NCBI RefSeq assembly: GCF_964355755.1
Contig: NC_092674.1
Span: 18,662,001 to 18,726,000, forward strand
Direction of reading: 5' to 3'
DNA: 64,000 nt
From: Antedon mediterranea
Lineage: Eukaryota; Animalia; Echinodermata
Positions 1-12,871 of the stretch are shown here, piece after piece; position 1 is the stretch's first letter; every line of letters starts with the position of its first letter. A program made the translations under genes and the position numbers. A model generated the notes under the pieces. The model saw nothing but the letters and a program-made list of their open reading frames with translations. It was not told the DNA's origin and did no database searches.

Positions 1-109
1 ATGACGATTGGTGTGTACTGCATGACGATTGGTGTGTACTGCATGACCATTGGTGTGTACTGCATGACCATTGGTGTGTACTGCATGACCATTGGTGTGT
101 ACTGCATGA
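1..109. repeat. 21-bp tandem repeat (ATGAC[G/C]ATTGGTGTGTACTGC), ~5 copies, truncated by window start
   Basis: Unit recurs directly at 1, 22, 43, 64 and 85. Confidence 0.9.
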
Positions 110-538
110 TAAATGTGAACTGAAGGCAGAGGAGGCGTTCCATAGTTTTCTGCTTCTTTAAATTCAGTTTTTTTTGTGACGATCTGGCAATTCATTTCGA
201 TTGTAAGTGGATACAATTATTTTGATTATTTGACAAAGGTATAAGTAATTAGAGATTTAACAATTTCCTGACGCTACGCAGAGAAATTTGTTTTAAGCAT
301 CATGTCTAAGCCTGCTAAAACCACACCAATGGCAAGAAGGACAGCAATTGAGACCCTTGGCAACGGGCCAAACAAATCCAAGCCAAAACAACAACAAGAC
401 GATGAATTAATTGCCACTGAAAGCGGTCACAATGTGGATGACTTAACAACCAAAAAAAAGGACGAAACTGATACCAATTATGTTCAAAGACAGCGATGCT
501 TGTGATAGATCTGATGATTTTTTAAAACAAAGAAACTA

Positions 539-2772
539 CAGTACAGATAAAAACTACTGCAACATTTGCCACGCGTAGGTAACGTAGTCAACGCGTGGCG
601 GGTGCGTGGCGGTTGCGTGGCGTAGCATTCGTAGTGCGTAGGCTACGCGTAGCATTCGTAGCCTACGTTGTGATCAACTGTGTGTGGGAATTCCCCAAAC
701 TCAACTGTGTACAAGTACATCGTCGACGGCTAAGCAGGCTACGAAAAGTTCGAATAAATAGAAATGATACGATTGTTACAATAATATCATCATCATTATT
801 AAACATACTTGAAATTCAAATTTTTCTAAAGGAAATAGCAATTAAAATTGCTCAAAGCCTAGGCTAGACGCGAAAAGTCTAATTAACTAGGCCTACTGCT
901 GACTGCTGTACATTCACCATCGCCGGCCAGGCAGTAGTGTACAAAATGAATTGATGACGGGCCGTTATTATGACTACCTTTCATAGTAATAGTAACTATT
1001 AGTAGTAGGCCTAAAATTGCAAGTTAATTTTTTATAAGTAATTAATACAGTACTCAGTATGTTTCATTTAAACAAAAAATATCCAGGTTTGAAACTTTCG
1101 TCGTAACTGTACATCAAACTCCATTAATATTAGCTATTGTAACAACCTGCAGCAGAGGATCGGTGTGGAGGGTCAAGTTACAGGTCGTTTAGAACATCGT
1201 CATCAGCAGAGAGGAGGAGGATCGGAGGACACATAACATGTGCTTGCCTGATCTTGTTGTTTTGTTTTTTTTTAGTCATGATGCGCGATAATAGTAGATA
1301 GTATTTAAATAAATGTTATTTTAGTTATAAATAAAAATAAATTATAATTAACATTTTAGGGTTAGGAAATATGCAAGACTTTATTTAATAAAAGTTGAAC
1401 TTCACTAAATTGAAGGTTAAAATCAAAACATAAAAGTACAGTTCAGAGAGAGTATCCATCCGCGGATCATAAACACGTGGATATAAACACACTGGGCGAA
1501 TGAATTACGAATGGAGTGATCCGTCTCGATTTCCGTTGGAACAAAAATAATATCGCATTGTATTCTATTATTTTGACATTTACAGTATTTAAACAATTCA
1601 TATTATCCCATAGTACTAAATAAGCGTAATATTTCATTTAAACGCATTTTTAAAACGAAACATCGTTCATTATATAGCCTAGTGAACAAACATAGTTCAG
1701 ACTGTATTTTATTTATTTATTTATTTTATGTCTTTAGGCACTGTGGCCAAGGATTACCAATAGTGAATTAATCACTGTCCTATCAGATAGGTGGTAATCC
1801 CCCTGATACAGAGGCTATTGTGTGAACCAGTTCACCGGGGTAACCCCCTACTCTTTTTCGAATAATGAACTGGGTTCTTTTAAGTACACACAGGTTATAA
1901 CTGTGTACACTGGACCTACGGTTTATAGTCCTTATCCGAGAAGACTTGTTCCACCACCAGAACTAGGAGCGAGTCGGCCTCGAACCCTTGCCGATGTTGT
2001 TGTTGGCTCTTTAGGTACGATAAACGGCGCCCCTGCCTTAACCGCTCGGCCATATGACTCGCTGTAGAGAGTTGTACTGCGCGATACAAACACGTGGGTA
2101 AACAGCAGCTTCACGGCGAAAACTGTCGTATCGAGGAAATATCCTTCTGTCACCTAGGCTATACCACATTATTTCACATTTTCACGCCATGTACATCGTA
2201 TTTAACGCTTGTACACAGTATGGATTATCATACAGTACTACTACTAAGTAGGCCTATAAGTACTATAGGCGTACCACATATTTTAAAATTAAACTGTCGG
2301 TAGGTACGCCGGTAACCCTACCTTTTTAGCTAGCTAGCTAGGCCTAGCCGGAGGCCATTTCACACAAACAGATGACGACCGCCGTCCACCGTACGTTGGC
2401 CGATCGGTGATAGATGTACACTTGTTCTTCTTTCATAAAAATAAATGTCCCATTTTAACACAACCAACACACAGTAATTAATACTAATATTAATACATTT
2501 ATTATTACTTCACAGTAATTAACTCGCATTTTAAAATTGATGAAAACTAGTATTCAAATTTGTTAACAAATTCCGTGTGTGGTGCAGCAGCACAGTACAC
2601 AATAATCTGAACATTGGAATTTCCCCTCCTAGCTCTCGCTTCGTAGGCTACGCGTAGACTACGCGTAGCATGTTAGCTTGCGTAGATTACGCCACGCGAA
2701 ACCTACGAAGTTGCCACGCGTACGAAACGTAGTCTACGCGTCCAAATGTTGCAGTATTTATTATCTGTACTG
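539..2772. mobile_element. Non-autonomous Tc1/mariner/pogo-like TIR element, carrying a nested SINE
   Basis: TIRs CAGTACAGATAAAAACTACTGCAACATTTG / CAAATGTTGCAGTATTTATTATCTGTACTG. TA on both flanks (537-538, 2773-2774). Subterminal ACGCGTAG-type repeats at both ends. Confidence 0.75.
1705..2062 (-). mobile_element. tRNA-derived SINE with Nin/Deu-like central domain
   Basis: Minus strand has A-box TGGCCGAGCGG and B-box GGTTCGAGGCC, then TCTCGGATAAGGACTATAAACCGTAGGTCC...TAAAGAACCC...GAGTAGGGGGTTACCCCGGTG, which resembles the Deu/Nin domain. Ends in an (AAAT)n tail. Related copy at 28853. Confidence 0.8.
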
Positions 2773-2832
2773 TATATTTCGCTTTATGTGAAGTTATTAA
2801 CGGAGAAAATCTTGTAGGTATACAAAAGATAA

Positions 2833-5221
2833 CTAGATTTGAACTCGTCACTACGGATGAGTTAGGTTATCCGCAGCGCAAACGCCACGTGCACGTCATA
2901 CTGTACGTTAGAATATAACGATTATGCCATTGAAAAAACGTTAGTGCGCTCTCTATTTTGCGTCACGTCTAAGTATATACATACAGCATACACTATATTA
3001 TACTACATACAGTACTATACTACATATACAGTGCAGAATAGGTGAAAAAAACCAAAGTTATTGACGCTTTTAAACATGATGACGTTATCACAAATTAAAA
3101 AATTGTATATCATGCGAAAGATACAGTAATTGATTGACCTAGATAAAAAAAATGGGGGGAAATGGATTACGGATAAATGGAGATGCGCTCTATTAAATGT
3201 GATGAGCTATGACGAAAGAGACAAAAATCCTTTATTTTATATTCGAGTGGCCATACGATGACGTCACAATGTCCGGTTAGCCATATCGATGCATGATTTG
3301 ATATCTACAACTCATCTACTTCCAGAATGTGTAATTTAAAAAAAAGTCCACCACGTAGTTTAGAATCTATGACTGTTTAAAAAAAGGCATAATTTTCACA
3401 AATTTTTGAACTTTTTCATAAAAAACGCGCGCAAATTGTTCAATTCTACGTGCTCGTATGACGTGATTTAAGTCGAAATTGTTTGAAAGTTGGTAAAATT
3501 ACTAGAAAAACAAAAATCAAGCAAAAAAAAGATGTTTTTGCGCACACGTGGGAATTTTTTAAATTGCGCGTGTAACTTTCTGTGAAACATGCCATTTTTA
3601 ATCCATAGAAAGTTTGGGCTTAAATGACTTAAATTTTCACTAAGTTTCAATACAAAATGACTTACAATCTTATGTTGGCCAGAATTAGAGATGTGCTGCG
3701 AACAAAATTCGTGGAAAAAAGAAGATTAAAGAAAAACTAGATTTGAACTCGTCACTACGGACGAGTTAGGTTATCCGCAGCGCAAAACCACGCGCACGTC
3801 ATATGTTAGAATATTGCGCACAGAAAAACGATTATGCCATTGACAAAATGTTTAGTGTTCTCTCTATTTTGTGTCACGTCTAAGTATATAAGGTATACAT
3901 TATATACTGTATACGAATAGGTGAAAATAAGTGACCAAAGTTATTGACGCTTTTGCACATGATGACGTCATAAAAATTTAAAATGTGGTAAATCGTGCGA
4001 AAGATAATTGATTGACCTACTGTAGACAATATAAAAAAAAGGGAGGAAATGGAATACGGATAAGTAGAGATGCGCTCTATTAAATATAATGATGTATGTT
4101 GAAAGAGACAAAAATCCTATATTTTATATTCGAGTGGCCATACGATGGCGTAACAATGTCTGATTAGCCATATTGATGCATGATTCGATATCTACAACTC
4201 ATCTGCTTCCAGAATATGTTCAATTCTACGTGCTCGTATGACGTGATTTTAAGTAAAAATTATTTGAAAGTTGGTAAAATTACTAGAAAAGGCTGGAAAA
4301 ACAAAAATAAAGCAAAAAAAAAAATGTTTTTGCGCAACGTGCGCGTAAGAAAACTGTGCACACGTGGGAATTTTTGAAATGCTCAAAATGACATGAAACG
4401 CAAAGAAAGTTGATTAGAAATTGAAATTGCGCGCGTAACTTTGTTACGTAATAAAAAATAAACTTCACCACTTAGTTCAGAATGTATGACTGTTTTAAAA
4501 AAGGCATAATTTTACGAATTTTTGAACTTTTTCATCAAAAACGCACGCGAATTGTGCAATTCAACGTGCTCGTATGACATGATTTAAGTCGAAATTGTGT
4601 GGGAATTTTTGAAATGCTCAAAATGACATGAAACGTGTAGAAAGTTGATTAAAAATAGATTTTTCGCATTTTGAAATTTCAAACGCACGTGCGCGCGTAA
4701 CTTTCTGTGAAACATGCCATTTTTAATCCATAGAAAGTTTCCCCTTCATATATGACTTAATTTTCACAGTGTCAATACAAAATGACTTTTGGTTTTTAAT
4801 CTATGATCAATCATTGAAATCCATAAAATCGTGCGTAACTTGCGCTGCGCAACTCGGACGGGACCGAAAACCTTATTACGACATCTTCAGATAGAGGTCA
4901 AACTTCTGATAAAGTTATATAATGTTATGTTGAGAATATTTAGAGATACACGCGCAACAAAATTCGTGGAAAGAAAGAAGAATATAGAAAAAAAAAAAGA
5001 AAAAAAAAAAGATCGTGACAATAACAAGGGGTTATCCGCCAAGTGCGGATAACCAACAACAAAAAGATCCTGACAATAACTAGGGGTTATCCGTCAAGTG
5101 TGGATAACCCAATAAAAAAAGATCGTGACAATAACAAGGGGTTATCCGCCAAGTGCGGATAACCAACAACAAAAAAGATCCTGACAATAACTAGGGGTTA
5201 TCCGTCAAGTGTGGATAACCC
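2833..5221 (-). mobile_element. Tandem/nested Helentron-associated non-autonomous elements (HINE/DINE-1-like)
   Basis: Two 3' ends on the minus strand (CTAG at 2833 and 3737) read subTIR GCGGATAACC, hairpin AACTCGTC-CGTAGT-GACGAGTT, then CTAG-TT. Four palindromic 5' ends GGTTATCCGC-N5-GCGGATAACC at ~5029-5221. Internal blocks are duplicated. Confidence 0.75.
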
Positions 5222-5348
5222 AAAAAAAAAAGATCCTTTTTCTGGAGAATTTATGTAAATATTCACAGTGATCGTGTCAAAATTATAACCGCTGGATTTA
5301 ACATCAATGGTGGAAATATAACGATTCATGACATAAACCCATAATATA

Positions 5349-8300
5349 TAGTACAGGAAAGATACTGTATGCTCAGAATCAGTAAAAGGTTGAAAAAATT
5401 GCAACAGAATTTTTTTCACCACAATGCATTTCTATAAGGTCCCTATATGAACATACTAAAAGTCTAGAAAAATCCAGGTAGGGGAAATAGGTTTTTTTAA
5501 ACAAAATGGCCGCCAATGGTGAAAAATGTCTAAAAATGAACAAAAAACATATATTGTATATCTAATTACCATTTGATAGCAGTTTTTATAATGCTTTTTA
5601 TATTTCTTTAGTGTCAAACATTTAAACTGCAATATACATATTAATTTAAGTGCTATTTAGCAGCAAAAACACAAATTTAAGTATCAAGATATCAATCACC
5701 ACGGTTATAATAATAGACAACGTAGTCCTATGCATTATAATGCAGGACTACGGTGTCTAATAAAACAGTTCATTTACAATAGAATTATACAATCTTACAA
5801 TCTATTAATCCATTCATTTTCATTGTCCAGTTATCATCCTCTGTCTATAGGTAGGAATTAAGCATGTGCTGATGATGCCGTGGTATTCGTCACAAACAGT
5901 GGTAAACTGGTGGTAAATTTGTCATCAATGGACACATCACGCCATTTGTAACTTTCCATCCCCCAGTCTGTGGGTTGAAGAGTATTTTCTATCCAAGCTG
6001 TACCATGGTAATATACTGTACACGCAGGGAATGACATTTTGCAGCATTTGTTGTTGGGGGGAATAGACTTTATTTCAAGTGCTGTTTTGCTTTTTGCTAC
6101 TTTTTCCCAGAACGTATTCCTCCATAGCGCTACCAATGCCAATTCCTCTGAGGCGATGGATTCTTTTTTTTTTAAGACGTTTGGTTTTACAGAGTTTGTA
6201 AGCATACTACTGCCCAGGTGTTATGACTTTTTAAGACCTTTTCCGACACCAAATAGATGGGATGTAGTATCACATCCCTGGATTCCATGTATAAAAAGCA
6301 AATTAATTTTTACAGAGCTTCACACCAAGGAAAGACTTTACATGCATTCACAGTGCTCCCCCATCGAGAACATACAGTATTAAATCAATGAATGAAGCAA
6401 CCGTGACAGAATATTAATTTAAGAGGAAAGAACATATTATTACACATGGGTCAAAATCAACCATATTCATCAATAGAGAAGCAGTGCACATTCCCTCACA
6501 TACTATTTCATCATTGATGGCTAGGCTGTGTGAGACAGTCATACACAATGCATCATTTTTTGAAAAAGAACCTTGTACTTTTCCTGCAGCCCTCTTTTAC
6601 TTCATCGACTCCATACACACTGCTAGACTACTCAGAAACATTCATCTCACTGCCCACTGTATGTTATCAGTGGGGGAGCACTGCTACATCAAACCTCTTG
6701 GCCCGAAACAGCAACATTTCAAGACATTTATTATGTACCATGTATGTTTGTTACGTTATGTGAAGGCAAAGTAAACTCTTGTGTTTTTATATAATTATGG
6801 GCCGTAAGTAAATTTGGTTTAGGAAAAGCTGGAAAATCATCACAGTTGGAGTTGTATGTCAAATTTTGTAAACCAAACAGTTTCCAAAAAAAAAGAAAAC
6901 ATTGCATCAGGAATTTGGCATTGGTAGCTATATGGAGGGAAGTCAATGGAGACTTTAGACAGCCTACTTTTCTTTGAGAAAGTTGCAAAAAGCAAATCTA
7001 TTCCCTTGCTGCAAAATGTTATTTCGTGAGTCTTTATTACCAGGTATAGCAGTGGATAGGAAATACTCTTCAACCCACAGACTAGGGATGGAAAGTATTG
7101 ATGAAAAATTTACTACTAGCACCAGAGAAACTATTAAAGTTGATTAGATGTACCTGTAAATAAGGTTGTAGTAAAATGAATTGCAGTTGCAGAAAATATG
7201 GGTTGGACTGCTGCTCCACTATTTTTTAAGAATGCCACGGCATCAGCACCCCACCAATAGATGGAGGATGAGATACTGACAAGATGAAAGTGAAATTACC
7301 GCATTTATTTGAATAAATGCCCTTGGTGGTTGATTTTTAAGGAGGGTAGTGGGGGCGTGTAATCGTCGTGAGGAGTTTATTCGGAGAGGCGTTTATTTTT
7401 GTGGGTGTAATGTGGTAACATGTATAATCAAATAAATACACCCTTTAGATATGAACAAATACAACACCATCATGTCATTCAGTGAATTCTATTACAAATA
7501 GAGATGTGTTAAAACACAATATTATGTATAATATGAATGTGGCGAGTCGTACATTCGACGAAATAAATTCAAAATGATGTCCGATGGGGGCAGGGGAGGG
7601 GGTGCGCTGGTGTAGGTTATTCAAAATGATGTCTTATGGGGGAGTTTATTCGATTTTTCTAAATGTAGCATTTATCCGAATAAATACGGTAATAGATTGT
7701 AGTCCAGTGATGGCGCAAGGATTTTCCCGATAAGGGGGCTGGGGGGGGGGGAGGAGTGCGCAGCTAGCATCAATTGGCTGGGCCATCAATGGGAGCGCAC
7801 CCAGAAGTTCCAACAATATTATACCAGTAAAGGGTAGTTTTAGTCACTTTTAAAAATGAAAATCCTTGAAACAGCACTCAATGGGGTATTGTTTTATATT
7901 AGGAAATATCATCATATTGTCTACATATACTCCCGAAAATAGCCAATTGGGGAGAGGGGATGGGGGGGGGGGGCCCGGACAGACTCCCTCACCCTTCCCA
8001 TATGATCGCCCATCCCTATACCCCTCCCCACTGGTACCACCAATGTTGTAATATATTGTTATAACTGTACAAATGTAAATGAACTGATTTATTATTAGAC
8101 ACCGTAATCCTATGCATTAAGCATAGGAAGGACTGCGTTTTATAACAATAGGGATATATCTAGATACTTAAACATTTGTTTTGCGGCCATTTTCTAATTA
8201 ACAGCACTTAAAATAATGTGTATATTGTAGTTCAGATCTTCGAAACTGTAAAGAAATATAAAAATCATTGTAAAAACCGCTATAAAGTGGATTATTAAAT

Positions 8301-8500
8301 TGAATTAGATCTACTATTTATGTTTTTTTGTCCTTTTTTAGGCATTTTCGACATTGGCGGCCATTTTGTTTAAAAAAACCTATTTCCCCTACCTGGATTT
8401 TTCTAGACTTTTAATATGTTCATACCTTATAGAAATGCATTGTGGTGAAATAAATTCTGTTGCAATTTTTTCAACCATATTTCATAGTTTTCCTGTACTA
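5349..8500. mobile_element. Academ-like DNA transposon relic with ~430-bp TIRs and two inverted XPG-like coding relics
   Basis: TAGTACAGGAAA..TTTCCTGTACTA termini and 3-bp TSD ATA (5346-5348, 8501-8503). Imperfect TIRs at ~5349-5776 and ~8074-8500. Decayed motifs YVLDGGAL, FIHGIQGCDTTSHLFGVGK and PTDWG on the - strand; FFEKEPCTFPAALF, VISGGALLHQTSWP and PTD*GW on the + strand. Confidence 0.75.
7299..7689. mobile_element. MITE (pogo/Tigger-like) nested in the Academ relic
   Basis: TIRs CCGCATTTATTTGAATAAATGC / GCATTTATCCGAATAAATACGG with TA on both flanks. Confidence 0.6.
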
Positions 8501-9180
8501 ATACTGTATATTACTGTACATAACTTTGTGAAAAAATTAAAGAAATAAATAAATATGGCAAGTTTGGTATCAAATTAAAGCTTATGACGTACAATACCAC
8601 TACCATAATTTCACAATATACTGACGTCATCAAAGCACACACATTATATATTACATAACTTCGTGGGAAAATTTAAGAAATCAAATTTTAAATATGGCAT
8701 ATTTGGTATTAAATTATAAGCTTATGACATGTACAAAACCACGGAACAAAATATAATTTGAACAATTTAATGATGCCATTACTAAGCCACACCCATTATA
8801 TAAATATATTACATAACTTTGTGAAAAATGAAACAGCAGAATGCGTAACTGAGCTAATGATTACGTAATCGTTGTTGAACGTATGCTCACCTGGGTTGAT
8901 ATAATAGAAATCTCACTAGCTAGCGTGGCTATTTGAGAAGAGGGATACCGTAGTTATAATACGTACGTGTAACAAAAATGGTGAAAATATGCTAAATATT
9001 ACAATTAATATAGATTGTCAGAAGGCTCGGGAACACATTTTGCATTTAATTTATCATGAAAACAAAAGTTGATTAATTTAGGTTGGAACATGTGCATTTT
9101 TTGCATTCCATACTTTATTAGAGGCCAAGTTTATCGATTAGAGGCCAAGTTTATCGATAAGTTTTTGGGCAACATGACTT

Positions 9181-9800
9181 GGGACCGACTTGACGTCGTG
9201 GGACCGACTTGACGTCGTGGGACCGACTTGACGTCGTGGGACCGACTTGACGTCGTGGGACCGACTTGACGTCGTGGGACCGACTTGACGTCGTGGGACC
9301 GACTTGACGTCGTGGGACCGACTTGACGTCGTGGGACCGACTTGACGTCGTGGGACCGACTTGACGTCGTGGGACCGACTTGACGTCGTGGGACCGACTT
9401 GACGTCGTGGGACCGACTTGACGTCGTGGGACCGACTTGACGTCGTGGGACCGACTTGACGTCGTGGGACCGACTTGACGTCGTGGGACCGACTTGACGT
9501 CGTGGGACCGACTTGACGTCGTGGGACCGACTTGACGTCGTGGGACCGACTTGACGTCGTGGGACCGACTTGACGTCGTGGTGGGACCGACTTGACGTCG
9601 TGGTGGGACCGACTTTAGATGTCGTGGTGGGACCGACTTTAGATGTCGTGGTGGGACCGACTTTAGATGTCGTGGTGGGACCGACTTTAGACGTCGTGGT
9701 GGGACCGACTTGACGTTGTGTGGGACCGACTTAACGTCGTGGGACCGAGGGGCCGACTTGACGTCGTGACGTGGGGCCGACTTGACGTCATGTGGCCAAC
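9181..9800. repeat. 19-bp GC-rich minisatellite (GGGACCGACTTGACGTCGT), ~21 perfect copies followed by 22-24-bp variants
   Basis: Direct tandem repetition without spacers; degenerates after ~9580. Confidence 0.95.
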
Positions 9801-10064
9801 ATGACTTTGGCCAAGATAAGACGTTTTTTTTAGGGCCGACTCTAGTCTAAGGCTAGGCCTACTAATATCAAATAATACTAATAGAGAGGGCCTGGCCCTA
9901 GTATAGGCTAGCTACTAGGCTTAATAGGCCAAACAACAAAGGGCCAGCTAGGCCTAGCTAGGCCTATGCCTGGCCCTACTATGAGGCTATCCTATAGTTG
10001 AGGCTAAATAAACGGGTCAGAAGGACAGAAATATGAAGTGTATTTTAAGAATTATATTACTTAC

Positions 10065-10140
10065 ATATTACAGCTTAAAAAAATACGTTATTTAGCCTAA
10101 AACGCCTACACCCACTGTCACTGGTGGGGTACAAATAGAC
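10065..10140 (-). other. Possible non-coding first exon of a minus-strand gene running out of the window
   Basis: Minus-strand donor AT|GTAAGT at 10064, followed on - by a TAGGCCTA-rich tract (9840-10010). ETS-like ACTTCCGG and ATTGG near 10600-10650. The 5' boundary is a guess. Confidence 0.25.
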
Positions 10141-11171
10141 GTGTGACATGACAGATAAGAGGTTCTCTTTTGTTTTATCGTTTGTTTTTCTTTTTGACGT
10201 ACGTTTAATTGACGACATTGAAAGTTTAGAAGCCATTTTGTGTCAAATGGGAGGTTTCCTCTACACCGCATTTACGAATACGAAAGCCCACACTTTTTTT
10301 TTATTTCAGAAATTTGAAATAACGAATTAGTAATTCGAAATTTAAGAATTACTTATGTATTCAAAATTTCGAATTATTACTTATTTTGAATTAACAAATT
10401 ATGAATTTGAAATTTCGACGTTTTAATTGGTTTTTCAAGTAATTCGAATAAAAAATATAAATTTCGAATTAATAATTTGAAATTTCGAATTAAAATGTCG
10501 AAATTTCGAATTTAAAAGACGAAATTTCGAATTATATATTCGAAATACTGTATAATTCAAAATTATTAATTTATTCCGTCCTGTGTCATCCTGGATTCAT
10601 CGAACTTCCGGAGTGTGGTTGCATCGGATCCCGAATCCTATTGTATTGGCTTACATTATATACTTTTTAAGGGAGGCGCCGGGGGAGGCGCTCAATTAGT
10701 CACTGTCTCTTTCAAAAATAAAAACAACAAACAAAATATCGTTGCTTGACTAAGAATGATGCGTATTAAAACAACTCGATTTAGGATTCCTTTCTACCTT
10801 CAGACAGTCAGTGTATTTAATAGAAACAAACTTAGATTAGTACATTGTTTGATAATGTTATTGTATTTTGCATGCGTTGTAACTTTTTTTTTAAATGAAG
10901 TGTATTCTTTTTCGCAATAAGAAGACAAATTTCATACTGTACTATTTTGGTTTGTATGACAATAAAAGATCTGTACAGTATCTGTATCTGAACTATCAAG
11001 AGATTATTGAGAAATGTTATCGTATATTATTAGTAAGTACGGACACTAAAACCGAAAGCTGAAAAAATGTTCCTTACTCGAAAAAAAAGAAGCATTCTGA
11101 CGAACTGGAAAAGGGGTGGGAGATTTTACTGGGCTGTGGAACCTTTGCACCGGGAAGGAGGAGAAACATAA

Positions 11172-11565
11172 AGGCCCATTTACACTAGGGCGATAACGAT
11201 CGACGATAAATAGATAAATATGCATTTTTTCATACTTGAAACAAAGGAAATTAAAACAAAATATTCATCCTAGAACTATCATAGGATAACCATCTATGCT
11301 GTCTTTGATGAAAATTATATTTTCACACGTCCAATCAACGTTCATGATTAGGAAGAGAATTATCGTGGCAATACAACGATGTTATTGTTTTTATTGATTA
11401 TGAAGACAATTTGATTGGATTTAAAAACAAAATCCTTTTTATCAAAGACATCATAAAAGATTATCCTATAGTTCTAGAACAAAAACATTTCTAATTTCTT
11501 TTGTTTAATGCAAGAAAAATGTATCTAGGCCTATCTATTTATCGTCGCTCGTTACCAAAGGGCCC
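11172..11565. mobile_element. Decayed foldback MITE
   Basis: Inverted arms CGACGATAAATAGATA..CTAGAACTAT..GTCTTTGAT / ATCAAAGAC..ATAGTTCTAG..TATCTATTTATCGTCG. Confidence 0.55.
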
Positions 11566-11912
11566 TAAGGCCTATACATTTTTCTTACATAAAACGATAG
11601 AAAATTAATTATAGGCTAACCATTTATGCTGACTTTTTTTATTATCCAATAATGACGTCATGATCAATAAGAACAATAAAATCGTTGTATGGCGTCAAAT
11701 GCTCATACTAAAATATTATTTTCATCAAAGGCAGTATGTGGAGGGTTATCATTTAGTTTTAGGATAACAACTTGTTTGATTTCATTGTTTTATCATAAGA
11801 ATCAGGGCGGATCCAGGATTGTGAAAGCAAACTGTAGAGAGTCCACACCACCATGGTTGGGGCTGAGTTAAGGCGATTTTGAAAATCAACACCTCTAGTT
11901 CATTGTGTTTGG

Positions 11913-12205
11913 TATAGAAAAACAATAATGTCCCCTTAATCAACATTTGGGACACTCAAAGGTGTCCCCATCCCCTTAAATATCCACTTTTGTTTCGTGG
12001 GAAAGTTTCCCATGAATACAGGGTGTCCCAATAATTCTTTGGTTTTGTTTGATTATGTTGATATAGAAAAACAATAATGTCCCCTTAATAATAATAGGCC
12101 TAGGGGTAATCAACCATTTGGCAGCTGACACTCAAAGGAGTCCCCATCCCCTGTATCCACTTTTCGTGGAAAAGTGTCCCATGAATAGAGGGTGTCCCAA
12201 AGAAA
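11913..12205. repeat. ~150-bp direct tandem duplication
   Basis: TATAGAAAAACAATAATGTCCCCTTAAT...GGGTGTCCCA occurs twice. Confidence 0.7.
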
Positions 12206-12871
12206 ATATTCTACATACTGTAGGCCTATGCCCTCTAGCACGATTAAAAACAAAACAGGTCTAGGCCTACAAACTGTATTACATTTGTATCACAAACTCG
12301 TAGAAATTAATTTATTTTATGGTGCAATAAAATCCATTTGTTTTCGTGTACCGATCGTCTTTCCTTTATTTTTATAATGGGCCCGATCGTCTAATTGGCC
12401 CGATCGCCTGTCAATCCTGTACACAACGCAAGCCAGCGAATCCGGGACGATTCGGTCCAGCGACGATTCGGGCCACTTTTGGTGGGACGATTCGGGCCAC
12501 CGAAACGTCTCACTTTAGACCAAATTTATATTCATTTTTGTTGATATTTATCAAGTTTTTAAAGGTGTTTAACAATCTATATTTTATTTATATTGACAGT
12601 GTTGATATAATATATAAAATAAATTACTAAAAAAACGTAATTTTATATTCAATTACTTCGAAAACTTTGTTTATTTCGTATACTACTGCCATCATGGATG
12701 TAAATTGTTTACATCGTTCGCCTGACTAAAAAATGACCATATTCGACAATGTTTTTAAAATGTTTGCTTTATTGCATCTTTATTTCCTGGTAGTACTACC
12801 CCATAGTCTCTCTGAAACAAAAAAATGCTTATTTTGTGCTTAACAAATTCATATCAAAGCCGATAAATTTA

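Noticed and set aside
302-505. 67-aa ATG ORF MSKPAKTTP...
   Set aside because: It could be a decayed LINE ORF1 start or an exon, but has no recognisable motif or splice partner.
5858-6774. Host protein-coding ORFs (115, 114, 96 aa)
   Set aside because: They are frameshifted fragments or antisense frames of the Academ-like relic.
9181-9800. CRISPR-like appearance of short repeat arrays (also 36881-37320 and 56970-58445)
   Set aside because: Units are contiguous without unique spacers, there are no cas genes, and the context is eukaryotic.
10310-10570. Heat-shock element array in the TTCGAA-rich tract
   Set aside because: Spacing is mostly GAAnnTTCGAA rather than three alternating nGAAn units; more likely a decayed repeat.
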